A DNA stretch of 64,000 nt from Azolla caroliniana (Eukaryota; Plantae; Polypodiophyta): the NCBI GenBank assembly GCA_043228905.1, contig JBHGNT010000022.1, forward strand, positions 2,232,001 through 2,296,000. The letters run 5' to 3'. Positions 35,561-49,004 of the stretch are shown in pieces. Under the pieces are notes generated by a model that saw only the letters and a list, made by a program, of their open reading frames with translations, was not told the DNA's origin and did no database searches. Position 1 is the first letter of the stretch; each line of letters begins with the position of its first letter. The position numbers and the translations under genes were made by a program.

Positions 35561-38230
35561 TTACACACCCTTTTATGGAAGTCTCCATCTATAAGGGCTA
35601 TTGTGCAACTCCACCCCTCTTGCCCACACAATATGAAGGTTTTGTGTTATTTAGAAAGACCCTATAATGTTTTTGGTCATGACATACTACTGAGAATCAG
35701 GCTCAACTTGTGCAAACACATGCTTATGGAGAAAAGCACAATGTGTGAAGAAGTACGTGGACACGCTTTATTGTAATCGATGTGAATTATCTAGTTACAC
35801 GAAGAACTAGATTGTGTCATGTGTAAATGTGGTCAAAGAATATTAAATATTCTTATGATAGAATCATACTTGAGTGGATGTCACCAACCACATTAGTCCC
35901 TTAAGAACTCATATATAAAGCCCACTTATTCCTTTGTGTTTTGTTGATAATTTTTAGCTGATCAGTATAGTTCTTTTTGTAGTTCATAAGCTATCATCCC
36001 CCTCATGTATTATTAATTTCTAGTTATTCTTTTGTATTCCATCTCTTGCTTGCACTCCAACTATCACACACGCAATATGCTTTTGCACATCGTAACTCTA
36101 AAAGAGTTAGCATTCTTTACATGGTATTAGAGCGCGAGGGATAGAGATCCTTCACCAAGCTCTATCATTGATGTTGTGTGAGCAATTGGAGACACCATTT
36201 TGAATAGACTATCATTGTTGTAGTGTTGTTGCATGATAAGAGGTGTATGTCAATGTCGAGGAGCTTACACATCGAGCTAAATTAGCAAGATGAATAGATG
36301 GGTAGCGTGCTTCTGACAAAGAAGTTGAACAGGAACTACTATGCATCTTGGGAGTATAAGGTGCACCAATACCTGGTCGGGCAAGGTTATTGGAGTTATA
36401 TTGATGGTGCTCAAGAAATCATTCTCGATCTTATAAATCCTATCTAACCAACTAGGTAATGTATTTCTTGGCAACATGTGTGCAAGATCATATGTTAAAC
36501 TATATCTGAGACATCTGAGACATGAAGGCCCTGAAGGATGCATGGAGAACTTGAAGTAGATTTTCGTGACTTCAACCATGAGACAGAAACTTCAACTTTG
36601 GTAGGACTTGAACAAAATTCAACAGATAGATATGCCTGCAATGAACTATACCTTAAGATCAAAGACTTGTGGATTCACTTAGCTTTGGGGATTCACTGAG
36701 CTCCACCAAATCTTCCTCAACAACCTTGCACATAAGTATGACACGATAACAACAAGTACAAATCCCTTGAGTTTTTTTTACTTGCAATCCATGTTGATAG
36801 TCGAGGAGAACCATGTGTGGTCGATAAGCGCAACATTTGATGGGAAGATGTTGTATACATAACAAGATCTTGTTCAAGGTCACAATTGTGGAAATTGGGG
36901 GATGAATGGATTAGGGAAGAGGTGGATGAGGTCCATAATAGTTTTAACTCCCCTAAAAAAGGTGGAAGCAATTGAGGGAGTTATGGTAGAAGGGGGAGCT
37001 TCCACTAGCCTACATCAACTCGACAAAACCAACAAATGGAGTGCTAGTATTGCGGAAGGCTTGGCCACTTAGAAACAAAGTGTCATAGAAGAAGAACGAC
37101 TCAACCACTTCTCCTTGAAAACAAATGAATTATGTTGCGATGGTTGGCCAAGAGAACAAGAGCTAATGTTTGTTATGCAACATAAGGTAAACATCATGAC
37201 AATCAGCACTTTTGAGCCTAATGATGTGTGGTTCCTGGACTCAAGAGCATAAAATCACATAATGGTTGACAGAGAGAACAAAGAGCTAATGTTTGTCATG
37301 CAACATAAGGTAAACATCATGACAATGAGCACTTTTGAACCTAATGATGTTTGGTTCCTAGACTCAAGAGCATAAAATCACATGATGAGGCATATAAAAC
37401 AGTTCATGAATCTAAGGGATCCTAATAGACTTGGTGTAGTGGAGATCGATGATCATTACACACACATGATTGAGCACATTGGAGATGTGGCATTTAGGAA
37501 TCACAACAACATGGGCAAGGAATGTAAGTACAATTCAACCAAGCATGTTGCTTCATTGAGGATAAGGGCTAGCTTATTGCTCATGCAATATGAGAAGGTC
37601 CCATGTTTATCCTTGGTGTCAATTATGATATCAAGTTGTAGCACAAGAGGGTTGGTCACGTAAACCTTGGTAAAATCCAATTGATGCAATTGAAAGGAGT
37701 TGTCCATAACTTGTCACAATTTAAAAATCTTGACAACATATGCGAGGCGTGCTAGCTAGGAAATTAACATGGGCATCCGTTCCCAAGCGAGAGGAATGAG
37801 AGTAAAGGCTTGGGCAATGTCATCCACTCATATGTATGGGGTTGACGCAGAACAAGAGAATCAATGGGTGCAGGTACTTTGATATCTTCATCAATGATTA
37901 TTTGCAACATACTTGAATATCTTGATAAAAAAGAGAAGTGAGGTCTTCTCTCACTTTCTCAAGTTAAAGAGTGGTGGGGAAAATGAGATGAATCACAACA
38001 TTCAATTCTTATGGTCTGATGGTGGTGGAAGAATCTCACAATTCTTGACATGGCTAACGCCAAACATGCCAAAGGTAAATTCGGATCGAGGCAATAGTCG
38101 CGATTGTATATCTCATCAATGGGTGCACAAAGAAGGGTTTCCACGATGTGACCCCTCACAAAAAGTATTTCAGGAGAAAGCTAGTCCTTCTGTATATGAT
38201 GATTTTTGGCAGTATTGCATTTCTTCACGT

Positions 38231-39271
38231 TGTTGTGAAGTATGAAAGCTTCACATTAAAAGTCTACAATAAGATAAATACGTAATGAAAATAAAATAAA
38301 CCTTTATAATGTTAATAACATACTATGATAATATTATACATTATATGTAGAGACAAAAATATATATATCTATTATATTACATGGACAAGAGAGGACTTGA
38401 ACTAGTAAACCCTACCTTATGACACTCAAAGGTTACCATTTACAAAATACTAATAATTTACAAAATAATATATGATTTGAAGTAGTATTTTATAGTCTAA
38501 ACCATGTAGCAAATTACATGGGCAAACGAGGACTTGAACCAAAAACCTTAACCTTATGGCGGTCAAACCTTACCATTTAGACTATACATATAATGTATAT
38601 AATATGCGTCTTGTTTTCATTTGAAGTAGTATTATATGGTTTAAACCATCAAACGTGCTACATGTCCACCATATAGCACACATGCAAGAGCCTCTCTGCA
38701 TGTGCGCCACATGGCCCACATGTAGAACCATCTCTTCCCTATAAAAGGAGACGGAAGTATAGACAAAAGAACCCAAGAAATAAGATTGAGAGGATTATAT
38801 TGGATCTAGAGAAAGATATATTATAATAGAGAAAGAGGGAGAAAAAGGCATCTTCAAGAGAGAACTAGCTTGGTGGTTGTGGTCCTCAACGCGCAACGGA
38901 AGGGCGGTGGTTCGAGTCTTATACTGGTCGAGAGATTGAAGGGAAGACTATGGTCTACTACTAAGAAAGAGGAAGGTGGTTACCTTGCGAGACAAGAATA
39001 ATTGAAGGTTCAACGACGCTTGCGACCATTTTGTAACTCTTTCATGAAAATGATTATAAATTTCATACATTTCTCAAATATTATTTTATACCTTATCTTG
39101 TCATATCTTATATTCCTTAAAAATCCTATCTTGTCATATCTTATTGATCTCTATTCACTCCAACTCTACTCTTTCGTCTCTTCTGTCCATAATCCCAACG
39201 ATTCCTTCCTCACTTTCACGTTATCTTTTGTCTGCGCAATGCTACGCTTCTAGGAGAGCCACGTCACAACA
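38231..39271 (+). repeat. 1041-bp solo LTR of another family with a 4-bp TSD
   Basis: Termini TGTTGTGA...TCACAACA, TSD ACGT, TATAAAAG near 38740. The host integrase sequence rejoins across it. Confidence 0.8.
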
Positions 39272-39529
39272 ACGTACTCAATGAAAAGCAAAGAAACTTA
39301 ATCTAGAGTTAGAGAAGATGGTTCTCGTTGGTTACTCAGTTGAGCAAAAGGGTATAAGTGTTTTAACCTATCATTTGGTAGTCACAAATAAGCTGAGATG
39401 CGGTAGTCGATAAGGTGGCATCATGGTATGGCTTGACATTATTGACCCCTATTATTCTCGAGACAAACAAATCTCATTCAAATTTCAAGAGTGAAGAATG
39501 TTAGGAAACAGGTCCCTCGGCCGAATCCG

Positions 39530-39769
39530 AATGTGGAGTACCCGGCAACGGAAGACCTGGTGAGAACCGGATGACGAGTACCCGGAAACGGAAGACCCGG
39601 AGAGAACCGGATGTGGAGTACCCGGCAACGGAAGAACCGGTGAGAACCGGATGACGAGTATCCGGCAACGGAAGACCCAGTGAGAACCGGATGTGGAGTA
39701 CCCGACAACGGAAGACCCGGTGAGAATCGGATGACGAGTACCCGGCAAGGAAGACCCGGTGAGAACCTC
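39530..39769 (+). repeat. 40-bp x 6 tandem array (alternating A/B units) in U3 of the Copia C 5' LTR
   Basis: ATGTGGAGTA and ATGACGAGTA alternate at 39531, 39571, 39611, 39651, 39691 and 39731. Confidence 0.95.
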
Positions 39770-40251
39770 TCATCAGATGGAAGGGACATATATGTAAATA
39801 TGTTCCAGAGAGCCCACTGGGGCTATATTTGTAAATAGCCCGAAAGTCATATTAGTATAAATATGACCAAGGGCAAACCTAATAGTTATGATGATAGAGT
39901 TATTGGTGTAACGACTGTACAGAGAGAGAGACAGAGAGAGCGATACAGAGCATGCCTCTGTTGTAGCCGCCGCTAGGCGAAGATTGTGAGCAAGAGGTCG
40001 TTGCCTTTGTGCTCCCTGTTGTATTACTTTATAGAGTGATAGTTTGGAGTCTGTGGACTCCCGTGGTTTTTCCCTCTCAGGGTTTTCCACGTTAATATCC
40101 TATGTATTCTTTTTCTGTTTTGTCGACTTATCTCCATTCCCATTTCGTCTGTGTTTTGATTGTCATCAAGTGATCTACGCTTCGGTTGTGGCCGGAGATT
40201 AATCCACGCATTTCACGTCAAACTGGTATCAGAGCGAAACAGCACAGAAAA

Positions 40252-43200
40252 ATGGATGATTCGTTGGGAGGCATGTTCAAGCTCACTGGCTCCAACTATT
40301 CAGTGTGGAAGTCGAAGATGAGGGACATGCTCGTGGTTAAAGATCTTTGGTTGCCGGTTCAGTTCGGGGACAAGAGACCGGACAAAATCGATGCCACGAT
40401 ATGGGAGGTGATGCACATGAAGACAATGGCGTACATACGGTGTTTCATCGACATGAGTCTATACAACAACTTCAATGAAGAGAGCAAGGCTCATGAGCTC
40501 TGGGAGAAGATCGGCATTATGTTTCAGAACAAAAATGTTGTTAATCAGGTTTCGGTATTTCGGAAGCTAGTAAGACTCCGGTACCAAGATGGGTCCAACA
40601 TGGCGGAGCACATGAATTCCTTCCAGGGGCTGATCCACCAGGAAACATCATTGGAAGTACCTCTCGCCGATGAGGTACTAGCACTACTCGTACTCGATTC
40701 CCTCCCAAATAGCTGGGAGACGTTGGTTGTCATTTTGGGCAACGCCGGGCCGGAAGGGAAACGGTTATCCCTGGCAAGAGTGAAGTCGAGCTTGCTAGAT
40801 GAGGAGGCGCGTCAGAAAGACAAGGATACGAACTTCGACTCCAAAGCACTCATTACCGAATCGGAACGTGGAAGACAAAGGAACCGTAGTCCCTAGAACC
40901 AGGAGAAGTCGGGGACACGGTGAAATTCAAGGGGGAGGCCTACCTGCTTCTATTGCGGCAAGTCGGGACACTTCCAAAATAACTGTCGGCACTTCCGAAA
41001 AGACAAGGAAACCGATGGTACCGATTCGAAGCTGACACCGGATTGGAACGGTAAAGACCAGAGGGGAACGGACCGGAAGGGAACGACGGAAATCGCGGCA
41101 AGTGAAGAAGAGTTGATGCTCATCACCGAGGAGAGTGAGCTAAACCTTCCCGGCAACGAGATGAACTGGGTGGTCGACTCCGGAGCGTCATTCCACCTTA
41201 CCTCGGACCGGAAATGCTTCTCATCCTACTCAGCCGGTGATCACGGTTGTGTCCAGATGGGGAATGAAGGTACATGCCGAATTGTCGGCATAGGAGACGT
41301 GTGGTTGACAACACCAACCAGATGCAAGCTGCTGCTGAAGGATGTCCGACACGTTCCGGAGGTTCGTCTGAACCTAATATCAGTCGGTTGGCTAGATGAT
41401 GAAGGCTACACGGGTAGCATCCGGAACGGTGTCATGAAGTTTAGCAAAGGGAGCCTGATTGTGGCTCGGGCCCGGAAGGTCAACACGCTGTACCTGATGA
41501 ATGCTCGGTTATGCCCGGAAGAAGTGAACGTGGCTTCTGACACTGCCAGTGAGTTGTGGCACAAGAGGCTGTGTCACATGAGCAAGAAGGGGATGAAGAG
41601 GCTTGCAAACGACAACCTCATTCCAGTGAAGAACATGCACTTGGAGAAGTGCACTAATTTTCTGACCGGTAAACAAAACCAGACCTCCTTCTGATCGAGG
41701 CCACCGATGAGACGTAATGCACCACTGGAGTTGGTGCATACTGATGTATGTCAAGTGGACACGAAGTCACATGCCAGATCGCAGTACTTCGTGACATTCA
41801 TAGATGACCACAGCCGGAAGCTGTGGGCCACACCATTGAAGACGAAGGATCAGGTGCTATCTGTCTTCAAAGAGCTCCACGCGAGAGTGGAAAGAGAAAC
41901 CGGCCGGAAGCTGAAGGCGGTTCGAGCAAATAACGGAGGTGAATATCGGGGGCAGTTCGAGGAGTACTTCCGCTCGAAGGGAATCTGGCTCGAATTTACC
42001 GTGCCGAAGATGCCGGAACTAAACGGGCTAGCCGAGAGGATGAACCGGACCATAATGGAGAGGGTCCAGAGTATGCTAGCACATGCTAAGCTACCCAAGA
42101 AGTTTTGGGCTGAGGCGCTGTCGACAGCAACGTATGTGATAAACAAATCACCCTCAATGCCCTTGGATGGAGACACACCGCAAAAGGTGTGGACTGGTAA
42201 GGAAGTGTCCTACCGGCATCTGAAAGTGTTCGGGTGTCTCGCATACGTGCATGTTGCTAAGGACCAGAGAGGAAAGTTGGATCCAAAGACCCGGCCATGC
42301 ATATTCCTCGGATACGGCGATGATGAGTTGGACTACCGAGTGTGGGATCCGGTTGACAAGAAGGCTTTCCGGAGCCGAGATATTATCTTCATGGAGGACA
42401 AGACTCTTGCCGACTGGGAGTCGGAGAAGAAGATAATGAACTCCGATGAGATTTGGACACACCTGGCTAAGAGCCGGTTGACACTCGAGGAACCAGCCGA
42501 TTACGGTGAGGATACCGAACCAGCAGAAGAAGAATTAGAGGAAGCTGAAATCGGAACCGGCCAAGACCCCGAATTCGATTCGGATGAAGAACAAATAGTG
42601 GAGCCGGTTGCCGAAGGCCAAAGACGGAGATATCCTCACACAGAGAGAAGGCCCCCCCGGAGATTTCCGAATGCAGAGCATGTGCTGTTGACCGATGAGG
42701 GAGAGCCGGAAAGCTTCGAAGAAGCGAAGGATGACACCCACACCCGCAAATGGTTAAGTACCATGCAGGATGAGATGGATTTCCTGCATGAGAACCATAC
42801 GTACGAATTGGTGGAGTTGCCGAAAGAAAAGCGGGCACTCCGAAATAAGTGGGTGTACAAGTTGAAATCGGGAGATGTCGGCAAACCCCCGAGATACAAA
42901 GCCAGGATCATGGTGAAGGGGTTCCAGCAGAAGAAGGGTGTGGACTTCGACGAGATATTTGCCCCCGTAGTAAAGATGACTTCCATCCGAACGGTGCTGA
43001 GCATAGTGGCAAGCATGGACCTCGAGGTAGAGCATCTGGATGTGAAGACAACATTCCTTCACGGTGACCTCGAAGAGGAGATCTACATGCAACAACTAGA
43101 AGGATTCGTGGAGAAAGGGAAGGAGCACCTGGTTTGCCAGTTGAAGAAGAGCCTGTACGGACTGAAGCAGGCTCCCCGACAATGGTACCGGAAGTTTGAC

Positions 43201-43688
43201 TCCTTCATCACCGACTAAGGGTATCACAAAACGCAAACTGATCACTGCGTGTTTGTAAAGAAGTTCGAAGGAGGCGACTTCCTGATACTCCTTCTGTACG
43301 TGGACGACATGTTGATCGTCGGACGGGACCAAGACAAAATACGGATGTTGAAGAAGGCTCTAAACAGAACTTTCTCAATGAAAGAATTGGGCCCGGCAAG
43401 ACAGATACTGGGGATGCACATCATCCGGAATCGGTCAAAGAAGCAATTGTGGTTGTCACAGGAGCAATTGTGGTTGACAAAGGTGCTTTAGCGGTTCAAC
43501 ATGTTAGAAGAAAAACCGGTCGGATCGATACTCTTGGCGAACTGCAGATTATCCGGTAAGCAAAGCCTAAAGATGAAAGCAGAGAAGGCTAATATGATGA
43601 AGGTTCCATATGCCTCTGACGTCGGGAGCTTGATGTACGCAATGGTGTGTACTCGGCCGGATATTGGATATGCAGTCGGAGTGGTGAG
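40252..43688 (+). pseudogene. Copia C gag-pol (continues at 49301-49893)
   Basis: gag, PR, INT and RT ORF fragments with a few in-frame stops; RT/RH resumes after the insertion. Confidence 0.92.
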
Positions 43689-46600
43689 TGTCAGGAACAA
43701 TACTAAGACAGAGAAGGACTTAATACTAAAAGAAGTATTAGTACTAAGAGAGGTGAAGAACTCTCGAGAGAAGGAAAGAGTGAGGGAGAGGGAGGGAGAG
43801 AGAGATCGAGAGAGAGAGAGAGTGATGATAAGAAAAGATATATACTATATGAAGAAAATGTACAGGAACTAGGAGGCTTAAGACTAGCGTTGAACCGATT
43901 TGGTTCGAAATAATGCCTTGTGCCTCCTTTTATAGTGTTCTAAGGAATACTCCTGAAGTTTCTAGAATGTTCCAGAGAAATCTGGAATATACATCAATTT
44001 TCTATAATAAAACATAAATGAAAATAATATTCTACGTATTACAATGTATAATCTAATGGTCAAGAGCTCGACCCATGTAGCATAAAGTCATGGGTTCGAG
44101 TCTTGCCATATCATGACACTATCCAGTGTAACGAGTCGTTTTGGATTGAGGACCCGGTTTGTCTGGATATTGACGATGGAAGTCTTCAAGAAGAGCACGA
44201 GCATTGGTGACATTCTCTATCGGTTCCCAAGTACGCTCGCTGGGACTATATCCTTGCCAATCGACTAGATAGTAGAGCTTGTTGCGAACAAACTTGGAAT
44301 CAAGGATGGCGGCAACCTCATACTCAGGTCCATCTTCAAGCTCGATCGGGGGTGGAGGCTGTGTAATACGGTCTGGGATGGTGCTCTCTTGATAGGGTTC
44401 GAGGAGAGAACTATGAAACATCGGATGTATCCGAAGTTGTGGAGGTAGATCAAGACGAAAAGCGACATCATTAATCTTTCCTATAATACGGAAAGGACCT
44501 AATCGCCGATAATCCAACTTCTCGCATGGGCGAGTAGTCTTGATGTGTCGTCGGAGTAGCCATACCCGATCTCCAATGTTAAAACTAGATGGGAGTCGAT
44601 GACGATCCGCATAAACCTTGTGTGTTTGTTGAGCTTGTTGGAGATGAGTAGACAAATCCGCTTGTATCTTGCGTAACCTCTCCAAACGATCCTCTGCGCA
44701 AGGATTTGTGGACACCTGTGGGGTTTCAAGTACACACCACCGGGGGTGACATCCCGTAAAAGCATAAAATGGCGTAACTTTCGTGGATGCGTGGATAGAG
44801 TTAGTTGTTATAGGCAAATTCGGCGAAGTGGTGAATATTTGCCCAGTCATCCTGATGACAGCTGAGAAAGCATCACAGATACTGCTCCAGCGTTTGATTG
44901 GTTCGTTCGGCTTGGTCGTCGGTTTGTGGGTGGTAGCCGGAGGAGAGGTTACAACTGACCTTGAGCATGTTAAAAAGGTGCTTCCAGAATTTTGACACGA
45001 AGTGGGGTCCACGGTCGCTGATGATACTATCGGGAAGTCCATGATGCCGACATACTTCACGCATGACAATTTCGGTAGTGTCCTCACTGGAGATCTCCTT
45101 AGTACATGGCAAGAAATGAGCCATCTTCGTATATCGATCGACCACCGTTAGAATCTCATTGAACCCCTTAGAGACTGGAAGATCTGTGATGAAGTCTAGA
45201 GCAATGGACTGCCACGGCTTGCTTGGAATTGGTAATGGTTCTAATAAACCATATGGATGATGCCTTGGCATTTTCGCTCTACAGCATGTATCACAAGTCC
45301 GAACAAAATCCTCGACAAATTGTCGCATATAGGGCCACCAGAATGATCGTTGTACTAAATGTAGTGTTTTAGTACTACCAAAATGCCCAGCTGTATATGT
45401 GTCATGACAGTTTTGTACTACTTGAAGGCGGCAAGAACCATTAGGAACATACAAAAGTTCTTTAAAGAAGAGTAATCCATCATGGTATTTGAATTGCCGA
45501 TAGTCCGTACCTGGTGGTTGTGACTGTGAACACGACGCTCGAGAGGGATCAATTTGTGCTAGTATAGCTTGGGCGAACGCATCTGTCTTCAAGTCTTCGC
45601 GTATGGTATCGATAACGCGGGAATCCATGGGCATGTCAAAGATCTGTGTTGCTTGCAGTCGTGCCGGTCCCAAGATGACTTGTTTTTGGTTATCGAAAGC
45701 TGGCTCGCCGGGACGGGGTGCTAGATACGAACGCCGTGATAATGCATCTGCCTTCCCTTGGTGCTTCCCCGGACGATATGTAATTTTGAAGTCGAAACGC
45801 GTGAGGAAGTGGGCCCACCGAGCTTGACGTCGATTCAACACACGAGCATCCTGAAAGTAGGCAAGGTTCTTGTGGTCACTAAATACGGTGATCGGATGAG
45901 AGGATCCCTCCAGAAAATGCCTCCATTGCATAAAAGAATCCACTATTGCCAATAGCTCCTTATCATGAATTTCGTAGTTGATTTCGGCAGCGTCAAACTT
46001 GCGTGAGTGGAAAAGCCACAGGATGTAGCTTCTCATCATTCCCCTGTTGTGACAGAATGCTCCCCAATGCAAAATCCGATGCGTCAGCTTCGATAATGAA
46101 TGGTTTTTCCGGATCGACATGAGCTATAATTGGAGCCGAGGTAAATGCTTTTTTAAGACTCTCGAAAGCCACATCCGTTTCTTCAGACCATATGAACGGT
46201 TGTCCCTTCCTGGTAAGTTGTGTGAGAGGTAGAACGATCTTTGAGTAATCTTGTATGAACTTCCGGTAAAAATTGGCAAAGCCTAGGAAGCATTGCACAT
46301 CCCGCACCGAACGCGGAGTCTGCCATTCTACCATCGTTTTGACCTTAGCTGGGTCCATGGAGATGCCTTCTGACGAAATGATGTAGCCGAGAAATTCCAC
46401 TTGGTTGCATCCGAAACTACATTTTTTCTAGCTTTGCATACAGACCATGTTCTCGAAGTCGTTTTAGTACTAATAGTACATGAGAATCATGTTCTTCTTG
46501 GGTCTTTGAATAAACCAGTAGATCATCCAAATAGATGATCAAACAATCATCCAAAAGATCTCGGAATATATCATTAGCCATGTGCTGGAAGACTGCCGGT

Positions 46601-47652
46601 GCATTAGTGAGGCCGAACGGCATGATCGTATACTCGAAGTGCCCATATCTGGTGCGAAACGCGGTCTTCCATTCGTCTCCTGGTCGGATCCGTACGAGGT
46701 TATATGCTCCCCGTAAGTCAATCTTCGTGAAGAACCTGGCACCATTGATCCATTCTAAAAGACTTGAGATAAGGGGAAGAGCATACCTATTCTTGATTGT
46801 AACCTTATTCAGGCCACGGTAATCTACAACGAGACGAAGTGATCCATCCTTTTTCTTGACGAAGAAAATGGGCGCGCCCGCTGGAGATTTCAAATGCCGG
46901 ATGAAACCATTTTCCAAATTCTCCTTTATATAGGCCCGAAGGACTTCCAGCTCGGTTGGTGACAAATTGTAGATCGGTCCCCATGGCGGCTCTTTTCCCG
47001 GTTGTAAATCGATGGGGCAATCGTACGGTCGATGATGAGGAAGTGTGTTGGCTTGTACTTTATCGAACACATTGGCGTAATGATGATACTTCTCGGGAAG
47101 TTGAACGGTGGATTCTTCTTTAGTGGTGCTGGAGGGGTTTACTGATATTGCAAAGAGGAACATTTCCTCCTTGTGCCCTTCTTTACGCAACTGACGTAGC
47201 GAAATGGTTGCCATCTTCTGAGTTGACCATTGGGTTTGTCGACACCGGATTTCTCTTGTTCTCCAATCTATGTTTGGGTTATGTAACTCGAACCACGGTA
47301 ATCCTAAAACTATGGGATGTTCTAGGATACTAATAAGATTAAATGATACTACACATGCTAAGTTATCTAGGACAATATTAATGGGCTCTGACTCTTCTAT
47401 GATATTTCCGGAAGCAATGGGACGTCCATCAATGACTACTACAGAGGCTGGACATTGGAGTTTTCTTAGGGATATCTTATGATCTTGAGCAAATTTCTTA
47501 TCCATAAAGCAAGAGTTAGCTCCGGAATCTAGGAGTGCTAGGACATGTACTGAAGGGGTACTTTTAGTACTAACTATTACTTGGGCTACGAACACATCAT
47601 TAACTTGCTTAGAGGGAATGGAACCACTAATGGGCTGCACAGATCTAGGGTT

Positions 47653-47697
47653 GTCCAACCAAACGGCTCCTATTTTGGCTGGACTTAGTCGTTTAAC
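47653..47697 (-). promoter_or_regulatory. Putative -1 ribosomal frameshift signal (G_TTA_AAC, 6-nt spacer, 11-bp hairpin)
   Basis: The heptamer is in the correct gag phase, the -1 frame is open into pol, and the signal is conserved in copies 2 and 4. Confidence 0.8.
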
Positions 47698-48855
47698 TCT
47701 TCTTCTAACTGACTAAGGACATCAAATCTGTTTGCTAGATCTGGGCTATTAGTACTATTAGGACTATCAGATATCCCTACTGAAATAGGCTCGGGTTTAG
47801 TACAATTAGAGCTAACGACTATTTGGTTTACCTGTCTTCTTGGCCTATGGGGGCAATTTATTGCAATATGTCCTAGTCCACCGCAGTAAAGACATAGTCG
47901 ATTTGTACGGCGTCGCTACTTTTCTTCTTCGGATAATGGCCCTCGACGACGTGTAGTGTCAATCTCCATCGGAGTCGGAGTATTCGCTGGAGGCACATTA
48001 TATGACTCCCTCGGAAAAGGTCTTGCTACCACTGAGGCGTAGGTGGGCTCTGATCTTGCCCTCGGCATCTGTAGCTGTCGTTCCGAACGTCGCTCAAAGA
48101 GGCGGTTGTCACATCTCACCGTGCAACTAATTGCTTCTGTTAAGGACTTTGGCTCTTCGGGGAAGGTCAAGAGTAAATCCTTGACATCGTTGCGTAAACC
48201 ATAACGGAATTGCTCCATCAATGCTTGATCATCCCAAGGGATATCGGCGGCGAGTAGGCGAAAATCTGCAGCGTATGCGGAGGCTGGACGGTCACCTTGG
48301 CGTAATCGCCGAATTTTGTTGATTGCGGTCCTGATGCTGTCAGTATCTCCGAAACATGCTTTAAACTCACCTAGAAACTCTTCAAAATTGTTGAGTAACG
48401 GAGATTCCTTTTCTAATAGTGGAGCGAACCATGCCAACGCTGAGCCACTTAACAAAGTGCCTACTAAACCCACTCGTGATGCATCGGTGGGATACCGGGA
48501 AGGATGCATTTGAATAACTAATCGTACCTGGTTAAGGAACCCTCTAAACTGTGATCGCGTTCCATCGAACTTCGTGGGAAGGCCAATCTTGGGTTCTTTA
48601 TGAATCCCTTGTGTTCCGGGCCCTTGTTGTTGCATCGCTACGATGGTTGCTTCGAGTTGTTGCACGCGTAACGCAAGTTTTGCTGAAGATCCCCCAGCAA
48701 CCGTTGGTTTTCTTGTTCCAAAGCATGGAACTTCTCTTTCAAGCATTAAAATTCCGAGAAAACAGATTGATATTCTTCAGCGCTAACAGTGGCCATGGGA
48801 TGAAAGAAAAGAGGAATAAGAGATTAGTAGGAAATGAGAGAGACAGAAGGTAGGG

Positions 48856-48868
48856 CAAATCGGTTCAA
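48856..48868 (-). promoter_or_regulatory. Self-priming-type PBS, complementary to the predicted 5' end of the element's own transcript
   Basis: TTGAACCGATTTG (-), 2 nt inside the 5' LTR, is the exact complement of CAAATCGGTTCAA (49084-49072), about 32 nt downstream of the TATA box. No tRNA-type TGG PBS is present. Confidence 0.82.
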
Positions 48869-48973
48869 ACTGTCAGGAACAGTACTAAGACAGAGAAGGA
48901 CTTAGTACTAAAAGAAGTATTAGTACTAAGAGAGGTGAAGAACTCTCGAGAGAAGGAAAGAGTGAGTGAGAGG

Positions 48974-49004
<31 letters not shown>

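Noticed and set aside
39478-39789. Three overlapping repetitive ORFs on the minus strand
   Set aside because: Artefact of the stop-free 40-bp LTR array.
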